Origin: Eledone cirrhosa | Lineage: Eukaryota | Direction: 5' to 3' | Assembly: GCA_964016885.1 (NCBI GenBank) | Contig: OZ024744.1 | Coordinates: 69,502,001-69,566,000, forward strand | Length of the DNA stretch: 64,000 bases | In this document: positions 26,001-37,172 of the stretch, piece after piece | Numbering within the stretch: the first letter of the stretch is position 1 | Layout: each line of letters starts with the position of its first letter | Notes under the pieces: model-generated | What the model was told of the DNA's origin: nothing | Seen by the model: the letters and a program-made list of their open reading frames with translations, nothing else | Database searches by the model: none | Position numbers and translations under genes: made by a program

Positions 26001-26463
26001 ATCCCACACAGTCCCAGTGTGCATCTAAGATCCCGTTCCAGTCGCCCACTAACACTAAAGAGCGGGACGTTCCAAGAAAGGTCTCCAGACGCCGGAAGAA
26101 ATCAGGCCGCCCTGCTCCTGTCGGGGCATAGACGGCCACTAGCCTGAAAGCTTGCCCGTCTCCGCTGGTCACGTCCAGCACCACCAGCTTACCCTCTGGG
26201 TCCAGGAAGATGGCCCGTATGGCGAGATCCAAACCTCTCCGAAAAAGCACAGCAACTCCTCCACCCGATCCAGGACGGCTGGGAGATGCGTACACATCGT
26301 AGCCGCCGAAGATCGGTGCGAAGGCCCGTGCTTCGGAGATTCTGGTCTCGCTGATGGCCACTACATCTATGTTTAGTGACCTGAGGTCGTTGAGCAGGTG
26401 ACCCTGCTTCCATGACGACCCCAAGCCACGCGCATTTATGCTGCCTATTCTGAGTGAGGTCAT
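23044..26463 (-). CDS. Tx1 ORF2: AP endonuclease, reverse transcriptase and CCHC zinc finger (1139 aa)
   Basis: SINARGL, ISET, VYAP, GDWN, YLDRVF, TDHK, GPGYWKLN, KSPGLDG, RPITLLN, LDQSKAFDRV, VRQGCPLS, AYADD, GGLG and CPRC..ETVLHALVQC. Confidence 0.97.
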   Translation of the reverse strand: MTSLRIGSINARGLGSSWKQGHLLNDLRSLNIDVVAISETRISEARAFAPIFGGYDVYASPSRPGSGGGVAVLFRRGLDLAIRAIFLDPEGKLVVLDVTSGDGQAFRLVAVYAPTGAGRPDFFRRLETFLGTSRSLVLVGDWNGILDAHWDCVGLADRGGGCKSLTNLLRRFELSDRYRLDFPNVPMWTWTNRIGSSRSYLDRVFCREIDRSSIGCPQFKIVSYTDHKFVTCVLDLDRLHRRGPGYWKLNASLPARKAYRDRISELVKRALTGAIVNNKWWFALKRAIRIESIRFSKALAIEKNRAEGELVRKLDEALSKGIATDVLAAKLALDQFFNAKHEGCVVRARVRALRHEGTKAVQWARVAEARRGNKATIRSLVDHDGRMLLDPGQMCEAFQRHFAQLFGGSGGPGRGMDFSVYLDGLPRLSATEAKCCEKPITAAEVREAMTGCTRGKSPGLDGLPYELYVQMPDLFGGLLADVYCNWQQNGRIPSSVSRGAVALLRKDPNKGDNIENFRPITLLNTEFKILAKVLAKRLALVVGGLVGEAQTCAIPDRSIHDNLHLMRYIVERVAREPGTGGSLINLDQSKAFDRVDHRYLAAVLRAAGFGPVFRGWIAAMHSDICSVVRVNGHLSEPFNIMRSVRQGCPLSSLLYVLTLEPLLHKLETLRGVPRELGCGRSVSAYADDVTVVVSNAKHIEAIGTTLREYEAVTGAMINQEKSVGLQLGTWRGRSMPSNSVVGRWTDGPVKLLGVWFGPDLQTDKNWDEVTSRVASLTQKWAERKLSLKGRAEVANAYIASVICYRLTVVPCPKPRLTALERLLFRFLWKGRAPMVRRSICCQHPLRGGLGMPWLMMRRHALRLRHLHLFLDGDQVWSPFARRVFPQLVSLTELQSWVKRRPRGSAWRLECLQALTALDQLGNVIGGNSTSAFYRGLVEGKSDDILGETLGVDENQLANLFGRTFGPGPMDNFQKSLAWQCYRGALPVRDKLYRHGGAVSRACPRCAQGDETVLHALVQCPKIADLWVYVEHLLSRLGRIQLSSESIVRIAPPSSFSREGQAVFICLVAMAKEIVWWTRLKGLKTSTYLFGDALIDFFKFHLKRKIRVEKEVLSSQHFVERWVREARMARVNGPTLSIYL

Positions 26464-26498
26464 GTTTAAAATAGAGTGGAAAAGATGGGAAAGACCAC

Positions 26499-28592
26499 TT
26501 ACCGTACTTTTGGTAGAGGAGGGATGGTTTTTACATCCCTTTTCACTTGATCGTCTGGTGAAGGGACCGTTGAATCGTCCCTTCGGCTGGTCGTCGGCTC
26601 TTCTAAGAGAATGTCTGAATATACTCTTCGATTAATGGTTCCTCCTAGGTCCCTGAAATCACCAACTGCGTTGGGGAATTTCGTTTTAATGTTTGTGTAT
26701 TGTTTCTGTGCTATTTTTAGCAGTCTTATGTTAGTTGGCGTTTTGATTGGTGCTGGTATTATGTAGTCCTGTTGTGAAATGTCTGTGTGTTCAATTATGT
26801 AAGTCATTAGTTTCTTGTTGTGTGTGTTTATTGCCGTGCATTTGTTTTTCTGGGGGTGGGGTGTGGTTCTGCTATTTTCTTGTCGTTGTTGCTGGGTGTG
26901 TGTGTTTTGTTGTTGTGTTTGCGATGTTGGTGCTTGTGGTGGTGGTGTTGAAGGTGTTGTTGGCGGTGGGGTTGTCGCCGGTGGTGATGGTGGTGCTGGT
27001 GTGGGTGGTGATGGTGTTGGTGGTGTTGCTGCTGTGGGTCTCTTTGCAGTAGACTTTACCCTTTTCTCATTTCTTTCCTCCCTTTTCAAAGGCGACGATG
27101 CGCTGCTTCTGCGTTTGTGCCTTCTTACGACCTTTTGCCATCCCTCTCCTACCTCACATTCCATGTCTGATTCTGTGAGGTCGGGGAGGGGTACCAGCTC
27201 CACTCTTTCACTTGTTGTTGTTGGTGATGTTTGCACTGGAGTCTCTGTTGCAGCTGCATTTGGTATTGCTGTTGTTGTTGTTAATATTTCCACTGCTGCT
27301 GCTGTTTTTGATTTCCGTGGAGTGGGTATGGGTGACACGGACCTATCGTTCCTGGTTGCCGCTTGTCCTGTTGCTGGTAGCCGTGGAGCCGTATTCGGAA
27401 GGAGGAGGGTTTTCTCCTTTCTCAGGGTCTTCTCGTTGCAGAAGGCCCTGAGGTGAGTCTTCGATCCACAGCGAAAGCATTTCGGGCGTTTGCCCTCAAC
27501 ACTTATGGGCAGTTGAATGCCGTTATCGAAGTCTATCACATCCGGGATAGCTTCGATGCACTCCTGGTTGGTTTGGATTAGCATCTCAATGGAGGAGCCG
27601 ACCCAATCTTCTCTTACTTTTTTCTGTACTTGCAGTACAGTTGTTTTGTCCTCGATTCCGACGAGGACAGACGCGGCCAGCCAAGAAGGGGTCATTCCGG
27701 GTGGGACGTGGGTCAGTTTGACCCTCACAATTTTTTGCCCGCAGTAGGAGGGCACCAACACCATTTCCTCGCTCCTTAGGGTCACTACTGATTGGGCCTT
27801 TGCCTCCTGGGGTGTGGCAAAAAGTACGTCTATGGTGGCATATTTTTTGCCTCGGGCGATGTGCGTTTTCCGCTGCCACACAGACCCCAAGGCTTTTTGT
27901 ATTTGGGCCTCTGTGGCTCTTTCCACCCTACGGGATTTTGTACTTACTGTACGGTACGTGACCGTACAGTGCTCTTGGGTCTCGAAAAACTTTTCCGCTG
28001 CCTTGCAGATTGCTCGGTGTCCGTTCTTTGTCACCATCTTCTTCGCTTCCTCTAATTCCTCATTTGTTATGAGGATTGTTTCCAAGTTTTTCGCAATACC
28101 TGCAAATGAGATTGGTTTTTCTCTGCTGTTGTTGTTGTCGTCAGAGCTGCTGGTACTTTTGTTGCTGCAGGTACTACGACTACTGCCTCCGCCGCTGTTG
28201 CTGTGGTTGTTGTTGGTGTTGCTGCTGCTAATGCTGTTGTTGTTTATGCTGCTGGTGATGCTGTTGCGGCTGCTACTGTTGTTTTCATTGTCACTGTTGC
28301 TGTTGTTTTTACGGCTGCTACTGCTATTATTCCTGACGTCAGACGAATGAACTGGGTTTTCGTATTTCCCGCACACCTGTTTCGTCGCTGTCGTCGTCGT
28401 CGTGGAGAAACCTTGCACGCTTTGCACGAGACTTTTCTTTTCTTTCGTCACTTGCGAAAGAGAAGGGAGGGAGAGAGACACATTTAAAGAAGGGAGGGAG
28501 AGAGACAATCTTCTCTCTGCTGTAGTGATGATTGAGGAAGAAGAAGACGGAATGAGTGGGAGTGACGTATGAAATTTCTTTTTGGTAGCCAT
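26499..28592 (-). CDS. Tx1 ORF1 gag-like nucleic-acid-binding protein
   Basis: Open frame, with the likely ATG at 28592 (MATKKK). It has a CX2CX4HX4C knuckle and Asn/Ser-rich and Pro/Thr-rich regions, and lies immediately upstream of ORF2. Confidence 0.92.
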   Translation of the reverse strand: MATKKKFHTSLPLIPSSSSSIITTAERRLSLSLPSLNVSLSLPSLSQVTKEKKSLVQSVQGFSTTTTTATKQVCGKYENPVHSSDVRNNSSSSRKNNSNSDNENNSSSRNSITSSINNNSISSSNTNNNHSNSGGGSSRSTCSNKSTSSSDDNNNSREKPISFAGIAKNLETILITNEELEEAKKMVTKNGHRAICKAAEKFFETQEHCTVTYRTVSTKSRRVERATEAQIQKALGSVWQRKTHIARGKKYATIDVLFATPQEAKAQSVVTLRSEEMVLVPSYCGQKIVRVKLTHVPPGMTPSWLAASVLVGIEDKTTVLQVQKKVREDWVGSSIEMLIQTNQECIEAIPDVIDFDNGIQLPISVEGKRPKCFRCGSKTHLRAFCNEKTLRKEKTLLLPNTAPRLPATGQAATRNDRSVSPIPTPRKSKTAAAVEILTTTTAIPNAAATETPVQTSPTTTSERVELVPLPDLTESDMECEVGEGWQKVVRRHKRRSSASSPLKREERNEKRVKSTAKRPTAATPPTPSPPTPAPPSPPATTPPPTTPSTPPPQAPTSQTQQQNTHTQQQRQENSRTTPHPQKNKCTAINTHNKKLMTYIIEHTDISQQDYIIPAPIKTPTNIRLLKIAQKQYTNIKTKFPNAVGDFRDLGGTINRRVYSDILLEEPTTSRRDDSTVPSPDDQVKRDVKTIPPLPKVR

Positions 28593-28805
28593 GTTTTTTT
28601 GTTTAAAATGAAATTTTGGGTACAAAACCCCAATAACTGGTTATTTAACCCCGAAGGGCCAAATAACGGACAGAAAGACCACTCTCACGAGGAGGAGGGT
28701 GTCTTTATCAACAATTTGGTTCAAGTTTTAAACAATTTACAATTGTTTTAACGGTTAAAAATTACTATACCTTACAGAGCCGAGCCTCCGTCAACCATGG
28801 CATTC

Positions 28806-28853
<48 letters not shown>

Positions 28854-28886
28854 GAAAACAATAATAATAATGATAATAATAATAAT

Positions 28887-31800
28887 GTTTTCTTTATTAA
28901 CCACAAGGGTTTACATAAAGTAGACATTAAGGACAGTACAGGACAATACAGGACGGTACAAATGGGCATTTCTGCGTGTAAAAAAAAACAGAGGATGTAA
29001 TAAAATAACAAAGAAAAATTCCCCAATAGGGGGGAGACTGCCGAGGGACATTTGTGGAGAAAGCTCATTAAAAGACCACAGTGACCCTAACCACCAGGGC
29101 AAGTGCCCTCTCCCAGTTTTCCACCTTTAATTTACAGACACATACTCAGAGTAGGCCCATTCACTCGGGCCATACTTGCTTCTCTCACCCATCTATCAAC
29201 AAATTGCTGGGAAGAGAGCACTTCTCTCTCTACCCTGATTTTCCTTTTCAAATGAAATTTGAAAAAGTTAATCAGGGCATCACCGAAGAGGTAAGTGCTC
29301 GTCTTCAGCCCTTTCAAACGTGTCCACCATACTATCTCTTTCGTCATGGCCACCAGACAGATAAAAACTGCCTGCCCTTCCCGGCTAAAGGAAGAGGGCG
29401 GGGCAATCCTCACGATGGACTCAGCTGATAGCTGGATCCGACCTACACGTGACAGCAGGTGTTCGACATAAACCCACAAGTCAGCAATGCTCGGACACTG
29501 GACGAGTGCGTGCAGGACGGTTTCGTCGCCCTGCGCGCATCTCGGACATACCCGGCTGACGGCACCTCCATGCCTGTAGAGTTTATCCCGAACTGACAAA
29601 GCTCCTCGGTAGCACTGCCAGGCCAGGGATTTCTGGAAGTTGTCCATGTCCATAGGCCCCGGCCCGAAAGTCCTTCCGAAGAGATTGGCTAGTTGATTTT
29701 CGTCGACGCCTAGAGTTTCACCAAGTACGTCGTCGCTCTTCCCCTCCACTAATCCTCTATAGAACGCCAAGGTGGAGTTTTCACCGATCACATTGCCCGA
29801 TTGGTCGAGGGCTGTGAGCGCCTGAAGACATTCCAGTCTCCAAGCGGTCCCTCTCGGTCTTCGCTTGGCCCAGGACTGCAGCTCCGTCAAGGAGACGAGC
29901 TGGGAAAGACGCGTCTAGCAAACGGGGCCACACCTGATCACCGTCGAGGAAGAGGTAGAGATGTCGTAGCCTGATCGCGTGTCTGCGCATCATCAGCCAC
30001 GTCATACCCAGCCCCTCCACGTAGCGGGTGTTGACAGCAGATGGACCGCCTGACCATCGGAGCGCGTCGCTTCCACAAAAAGCGAAAGAGCAAACGCTCC
30101 AGCGCAGTCAGGCTGGGCTTAGGACAAGGTACCACGGCCAGGCGGTAGTAGATGATGGACCCGATGTACGCGTTAGCCACCTCCGCTCGACCTTTCAGGG
30201 ATAGCTTCCTCTCGGCCCATTTCTGGGTGAGAGAAGCCACCCTGCTCATCACCTCGTCCCAGTTTTTGTCCGTCTGGAGATCCGGACCGAACCAGACCCC
30301 TAGCAATTTAACCGGTCCGTCCGTCCAGCGCCTGATGACGCTGTTGGACGGCATGGACCTGCCTCTCCAGGTGCCGAGCTGCAGGCCCACTGACTTTTCC
30401 TGGTTGATCATTGCTCCTGTCACCGCTTCGTATTTTCTTAGTGTAGTGCCGATCGCCTCGATGTGTTTGGCGTTCGACACCACTACGGTGACATCGTCCG
30501 CATATGCTGACACGGATCTTCCGCATCCTAGTTCGCGCGGGACGCCCCTCAACGTCTCCAGTTTGTGCAGAAATGGCTTGAGAGTCAATACGTACAAGAT
30601 GGACGAGAGGGGACATCCTTGGCGGCCCGAGCGCATGATGTTGAACGGTTCCGCAAGGTGACCTTTCACTCTCATCACAGAGCAGATGTCGCTGTGCATG
30701 GCAGCAATCCAGCCTCTGAAAACGAACCCAAAGCCAGCCGCCCTCATGACTGCCGCTAAGTAACGATGGTCGACCCTATCGAAAGCTTTCGACTGATCTA
30801 AATTGATCAAGGACCCACCCGTGCCAGGTTCCCTAGCTACCCTCTCTACGATGTATCGCATGAGGTGGAGGTTGTCGTGGATGGATCTGTCGGGAATGGC
30901 GCATGTTTGCGCCTCTCCCACCAGACCACCAACGACAAGCGCCAACCTCTTTGCTAGCACCTTGGCCAAAATCTTGAACTCTGTGTTTAGCAGAGTTATG
31001 GGCCTAATATTATCAAATTATCCCCCTTATTCGGATCCTTTCTCAGCAGCGCCACCGCTCCTTGTCTTACAGAGCTGGGAATTCTCCCGTTCTGTTGTCA
31101 GTTGCAGTAGACGTCCGCCAAGAGGCCTCCGAACAAGTCTGGCATTTGTACGTAAAGTTTATAGGGCAGACCATCCAAACCAGGCGATTTACCCCTTGTG
31201 CAGCCAGTCATTGCCTCCCGTACTTCAGCGGCTGTTATCGGCTTTTCGCAACACTCCGCCTCAGTGGCCGAGAGCCGCGGCAGTCCGTCGAGGTAGACAC
31301 TAAAGTCCATCCCTGGATCCGGCCCGCCTCTGCCCCCGAACAACTGAGCGAAGTGTCGCTGAAAAGCTTCATACATTTGCCCGGGATCGATTTGCATGCG
31401 CCCGTCGTGGTCCACCAAAGACCGGATCGTGGCTTTGTTGCCACGACGCGTCTCCGCCACTCGGGCCCATTGAACGGCTTTCGTCCCCTCGTGTCTGAGA
31501 GCACGCACCCTAGCTCTGACAACGCAGCCTTGGTGCTTTGCATTGAAGAGTAGGTCAAGGGCCAATTTCGCCGCAAGTACGTCGGTCACGATGCCTTTGC
31601 AAAGCGCCTCGTCTAATTTTCTAACTAGTTCTCCCTCTGCTCTATTTTCTCTATTGCTAAAGCCTTATACTAAACCTAATGGAATCTATTCTAATTGCTC
31701 TTTTCAGAGCAAACCACCACTTGTTGTTGCCGATGGCCACGGTCAACGCCCGCTTAACTAGTTCGCTAATCCGGTCTCTGTAGGCCTTGCGTGCTAGTAA

Positions 31801-34682
31801 GGACGCGTTTAGCTTCCAGTAGCCGGGTCCTCGTCTATGAAGCCTATCTAAGTCAAGCACACAGATCACGAATTTCTGGTCCGTGTAGCTGACTATCTTG
31901 AATTGTGGACAGCCTATGCTAGACCTATCTATTTCCCTACAAAATACTCTATCTAGATATGATCTGGATGACCCTATGCGATTTGTCCAAGTCCACATTG
32001 GCGCATTCGGGAAATCCAATCGGTACCTGTCAGACAGTTCAAAACGCCTGAGCAGGTTGGTGAGGCTCTTGCACCCTCCACCCCTATCCGCTAATCACAC
32101 ACAGTCCCAGGGTGCATCTAAAATCCCGTTCCAGTCGCCCACTAACACTAAAGAGCGGGACGTTCCAAGAAAGGTCTCCAGACGCCGGAAGAAATCAGGC
32201 CGCCCTGCTCCTGTCGGGGCATAGACGGCCACTAGCCTGAAAGCTTGCCCGCCTCCGCTGGTCACGTTCAGCACCACTAACTTATTTTCTTGGTCCAGGA
32301 AGATGGCCCGTATGGCGAGATCCAAACCTCTCCGAAAAAGCACAGCAACTCCTTCCCCCGATCCCGGACGGCTGGGAGATGCTATAACATCGTAGCCGCC
32401 GAAGATCGGTGCGAAGGCCCGGGCTTCGGAGATTCTGGTCTCGCTGATGGCCACTACATCTATTCTTAGTGACCTGAGGTCGTTGAGCAGGTGGCCCTGC
32501 TTCCATGACGACCCCAAGCCACGCGCATTTATGCTGCCTATTCTGAGTGAGGTCATGTTGAAAAGGAGTGGAAAAGATGGGAAAGACCACTTACCTTACT
32601 TCTCGTAGAGGAAGGACGGTTTTTCCATCCTTTTCACTGTTTGTGGCGTCTTCAGGAAGGATATCCTTATAAATCCTCCTGGAGAGTGTTTGTCGGAAGT
32701 CTCCGATGTCTTTGGGGAATTTTTGTTTCATTGTCGTGTACGTTTTCTGTGTGATGCGAGAGATTTGTATGTGTGGAGGTGGTGTGAACTTTTGGGTTGT
32801 TGTGTAGTCTCTTTGTGTGATGCTGGTGTTGTGTTGCATGTAGTGTAATAATTGGTTGTTGTTCAAATTTAATGCTGTGTAGTGTGTATCGTTTTGGTTG
32901 TTTTGCTTTGTTTGCATTTGTTGTGAGTTTGATTCTGTTACGCTTTTTGGTGACTTTTATGGTGTTGGTGATGGTGGTGTTGGGGTTAATGATGGTGATG
33001 GTGTTGGTGATGATGGTGTGGATGGTGGCATATCTGTCCTAACTTTTTTGTTTGATAATTTATTTGTTTCCCTCTGTATTTTGTTTTTGGAGGGGGGGGG
33101 GGGAGATAGAATTTTTTTCTTTTCTGGTTTCTTTTTTTCTTTTTTCCTGATACCGTTTCCCACTCCTCGTCGTCACAATCTGTCTCCAGTTGCGATAAGC
33201 CGGGGAGTGGAAAATCCCCCACAGGCGTTGGTTTTGTTTGGGGCGTGGTGGATGGTGTAGGCGCTGGTGCTAGTTCTGGCGCGTTGAGTGGTGGTGGTGG
33301 TGTTGGTTTTGTTACTGTTGCTGGGGTTGTTGCTGTTACAGTTGCTTCTGTTGTTGCTGCTACAGTTGTTGCTGCCATTTCTGCTGCTGGTGGTGTTGAT
33401 GGTTGAGTCACTGGGGTGGGTAAGAGAGGTGGCCTCAACCTTTCAGCCTGAGGGCAGAAAGCCCTTAGGTGGGTTCCTTCACCACAAACGACACATCTAG
33501 GCCTTTTGCCCTCGACGATTACGGTGAGGTGGCTGCCGTCAGTGAGGTCTATTACCTCTGGGATCTCCTCAATGCTTTTTTGGTCCGCTTGGATCAGGAG
33601 CTCCATTCCAGCTCCGGACCAGTTCTCCTGCTTTTCTTTCGCTATTTCAATTATCTTGGTGTTGGCCTCGATGCCGGCGAGGACGGCAGCCATTAGCCAG
33701 GAAATTTCGATGGCCGGTGGAACGTGGGTCACCCTGATCTTCACAAGTCTCTGGCCACAATAGCTTGGGACGAGTGTGAAGTCGTCACTTCTTAATAGGG
33801 CCATGGAGTGTTCTCTGGCCTCCTGTGGTGTTTCAAAGAACACGTCCACGGTTCCATATTTCTGCCCACGTCTGATGTGGCCCACACATGTCCCAAAGCT
33901 TTTGGGATTTGGGACTCGGATGGCCGTTCCACTCGATAAGACACGGTGCATAGGCGACGTTGCTCCATTTTATTAGGTGTGTGGGGGGGGGGGGGGGGTA
34001 AGGCTGACCCTGTACCCATCTTTGGCTTCTTCTAATTCCTCCTGAGTTACCTGGAATGCTTCGCACTGTTTTGCTACTCTGGCAAAACTCAGGGTGGTTT
34101 TCTTAATTTCATTGTTGCTGTTGTTGTTATCGTTATTTTTGTTATTGTTAATTTTAGTTTCAGTTGTGGTGGTGGTGGCGTCAGTGTTGTTCGGTGTGGA
34201 AGAGTTAATTTTGGTTGAATTCGTTTCGATATCACGAGTTAATTTATTTTTTTCTTTTGTTTCTGTTGTCGCTGTGGTGGTGGTGGTGGTGGCGGCTTTA
34301 ACACCTGCTGTCATTAGTAATGGCGGGAAATGAACGTCTGCCTGAGACAAATTTAAAATATTGCTACTGCTTACAATTCCAGTGTTGGCAAACGTAACAA
34401 TATTTACAATAGTGGTGTCGGTGTGAGGTGTTAGATTGTGAGGAAGGAGTGACTCTGAGACATCCATGATTTTTCAAAGAAAAATTTTTGTTTGATAATT
34501 AAAAAAATTTTAAATTTTGGGCTCAAGGCCCCAATATTTTTGTGTGTCCTTTTCAGAAATCAATGTATGTGCACTTATATACAGTTAACAATAAAAATTT
34601 TCCATAAATGGCAATTTTAAACAACTGAAAATAACAAACCTTTGCGGAGCTCACGATGATACGATTTACTACGTAGGTCGCT
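28887..34682 (-). mobile_element. Full-length disrupted L1/Tx1 retrotransposon, copy C (different 5' UTR and ORF1)
   Basis: ORF2 pieces (29132-32556) closely match copy B. ORF1 pieces (32591-34467, CVVCGEGTHLRAFC) are only protein-level homologues. Flanked by (AAT)n. Confidence 0.95.
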
Positions 34683-34731
34683 AATAATAATAATAATAAT
34701 AATAATACACTATTAATAATTATTAATTAAT

Positions 34732-34914
34732 TGTTTCTACTTTTAGGCACAAGGCCAGCAAATACCCAGTACATTACTGGTACTTTATTTTCCCCGTAAG
34801 GATGAAAGGCAAAAGTTAACCTCGGCGGGATGTGAACTCAGACCGTAAAGGGACGTAACTATGCTGGAAAACATGGCGTCCGACTCTCTACCGATACTGC
34901 CAATCCACCGCCCA
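34732..34914 (-). mobile_element. tRNA-derived SINE
   Basis: Reverse complement of the SINE family. Its ATT-rich tail abuts the 5' end of Tx1 copy C. Confidence 0.87.
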
Positions 34915-35328
34915 TAATTATTAATTAATGCAATCGTGCAATGCCTGTGCGTGACGAATACTTTTAAAGTGAGGAAAGACTGTGCACTGAGCCAATCCCA
35001 CTCTCTGAGCGACAGTAGCTATAACCCGAAAAGAAGAAAAGATCTACATCATCGGTAACTACTGAGCCGCAGGTTTTATGTCGGAGTTAACCCAGTTTCC
35101 TGAGATGCCTTCTCCTAGAAGAATGCCCTGACAAGGGCTAGGGGTTCTTCATTCTCAGTGGTTTAACTGCGCGATCGGGTAATCAGCCCGACTATTTCTA
35201 TGTCCCCGCGCAAAAAAAAGAAAAAAAACTCACTTATTGACACTTATACGTACGACATACATACACACATACATACGCGCGCACACACCAACACTCATAC
35301 ATACAAACAAACACGACACGCTACTCAC

Positions 35329-35486
<158 letters not shown>

Positions 35487-36013
35487 CTCCTCTCCTCCTT
35501 CTCTCCAGAACAATTTTTCGACTTTTCATACACTATCCTTAGCATCCGCTGTATAGATTTCACTTTCAACGCCTGACTGGCTTTACTCACTCCCTCATTG
35601 TTCTACCGGCAAGTTCAGCCCCTCTATCCCCCCCCCCCGAAATGCCATGATGGATTTATTTGTCTTTATAACAAATTTTGACCAATCCCCTTGACAATTA
35701 CTATCTTTCCATATAAGGAAGTACCCCTTGACAAGTTCGGCTATTTATTTACCAGGCTTTAATTCTAATTTAGTCCAGAAATAGCCGTCGAAACAGCTTG
35801 AGCTCTGCCGTCGGGGTCATACCTTTTCCTATATATATACATATATATATATAGTAATAATAATACATTTGAAGACTAAAATCCAAAGAGGGCTCGATAA
35901 GGATAAATATATATCAAATATATAAGAACCCTAGAGCAAATATTTATTAAAATAACAGATTAAAGAATCGCTGCTTTAACCCTTAACGGGATCTTCTGCT
36001 TAACTTTAATCTG

Positions 36014-36089
<76 letters not shown>

Positions 36090-36097
<8 letters not shown>

Positions 36098-36355
36098 GTG
36101 AGGTTTTTTTACAAGAAAAAGAACCGGTGTCCTACACGAGTGAAAGTATAAGGAAAAAAGATGAAATCGAAAATGCAACTGGAGTCTTATTTTAAAAAAT
36201 ATATATATATTTATTTGGTTCCTTTACCGGTTTCGCAGTTCTTCTGCTTTTCAAAAGTAGAGCCTCCATCTCAACTCTACTTTTGTCTTCAAATAAATAT
36301 ATATATATTTTTTAAAATAACACTCCAGTTGCATTTTTGATTTCATCTTTTTTAT
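36090..36355 (-). repeat. Fold-back element with a U3-A8 hammerhead motif at 36222-36257 (minus strand)
   Basis: The minus strand reads ctt-TTGAAAA-gcag/ctgc-GAAAC-CG-GTA-aag..AATAAA. ~36154-36216 is the reverse complement of ~36291-36353. Confidence 0.75.
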
Positions 36356-37172
36356 TATTGATTTATTGATATTTTATTTGAGTGACCCGAATCTTCCTGG
36401 TCGTTCTTTTTCGGCTGCATGGGTGATTTTAGGCATAATCTTTATGTGTTGGTAATTTAACGATAGTTATAGCTCTGATTTATCTAAATTATTGAGCCCT
36501 CTGCCACTCATATCGGTTTTGTTTATCGTTAATTCGTGAGCTGATTTTCCGATACTCGATTATTCTATTATATTTAGCTCTAGACATAGCTATTGGCCAG
36601 TTAATTTTATTGATCATTTTTTTTGTCGATTCTATTGAATGATGAATAGCTCCTGTTTATTTTAACATGTCTATTGAGCACTCTGATTCGATATGTGGTA
36701 TTTCCACATTACCGATAATTTTTCGCTAATATAGAGGTTATCTCCCTTGCTGGGCACCATGTGCGTGTCTGGCTAAAGGTCACTTCTTTATTTGTCAGAC
36801 GCAACCCGTTGATAAAGTTCTTCCGGTCCATTCCTTCCCTAGAAGTCTGATATATTTTTATGTGGGCTGATAGTGAACGGATTAAGGAATTGCAGAAACC
36901 CAAGAAGCTAGATTTAACACCTTTCTAGCGGGTCCGGGTAAGTTTTTTACATTCATTTAAATTATTGATTTATTGATATTTTATTTGAGTGACCCGAATC
37001 TTCCTGGTCGTTCTTTTTCGGCTGCATGGGTGATTTTAGGCATAATCTTTATGTGTTGGTAATTTAACGATAGTTATAGCTCTGATTTATCTAAATTATT
37101 GAGCCCTCTGCCACTCATATCGGTTTTGTTTATCGTTAATTCGTGAGGTGATTTTCCGATACTCGATTATTC

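Larger units (their letters stand above)
22782..28805 (-). mobile_element. Full-length L1/Tx1-clade retrotransposon, copy B (both ORFs intact)
   Basis: 5' UTR, ORF1, a 35-nt spacer, ORF2, and a 3' UTR with AATAAA and an (ATT)n tail. Confidence 0.97.

Noticed and set aside
12304-34333. Recurrent plus-strand ORFs (e.g. 169 aa, 213 aa, 115 aa) repeated in the Tx1 copies
   Set aside because: They are antisense shadows of Tx1 ORFs. Recurrence reflects copy identity, and they have no independent motifs.
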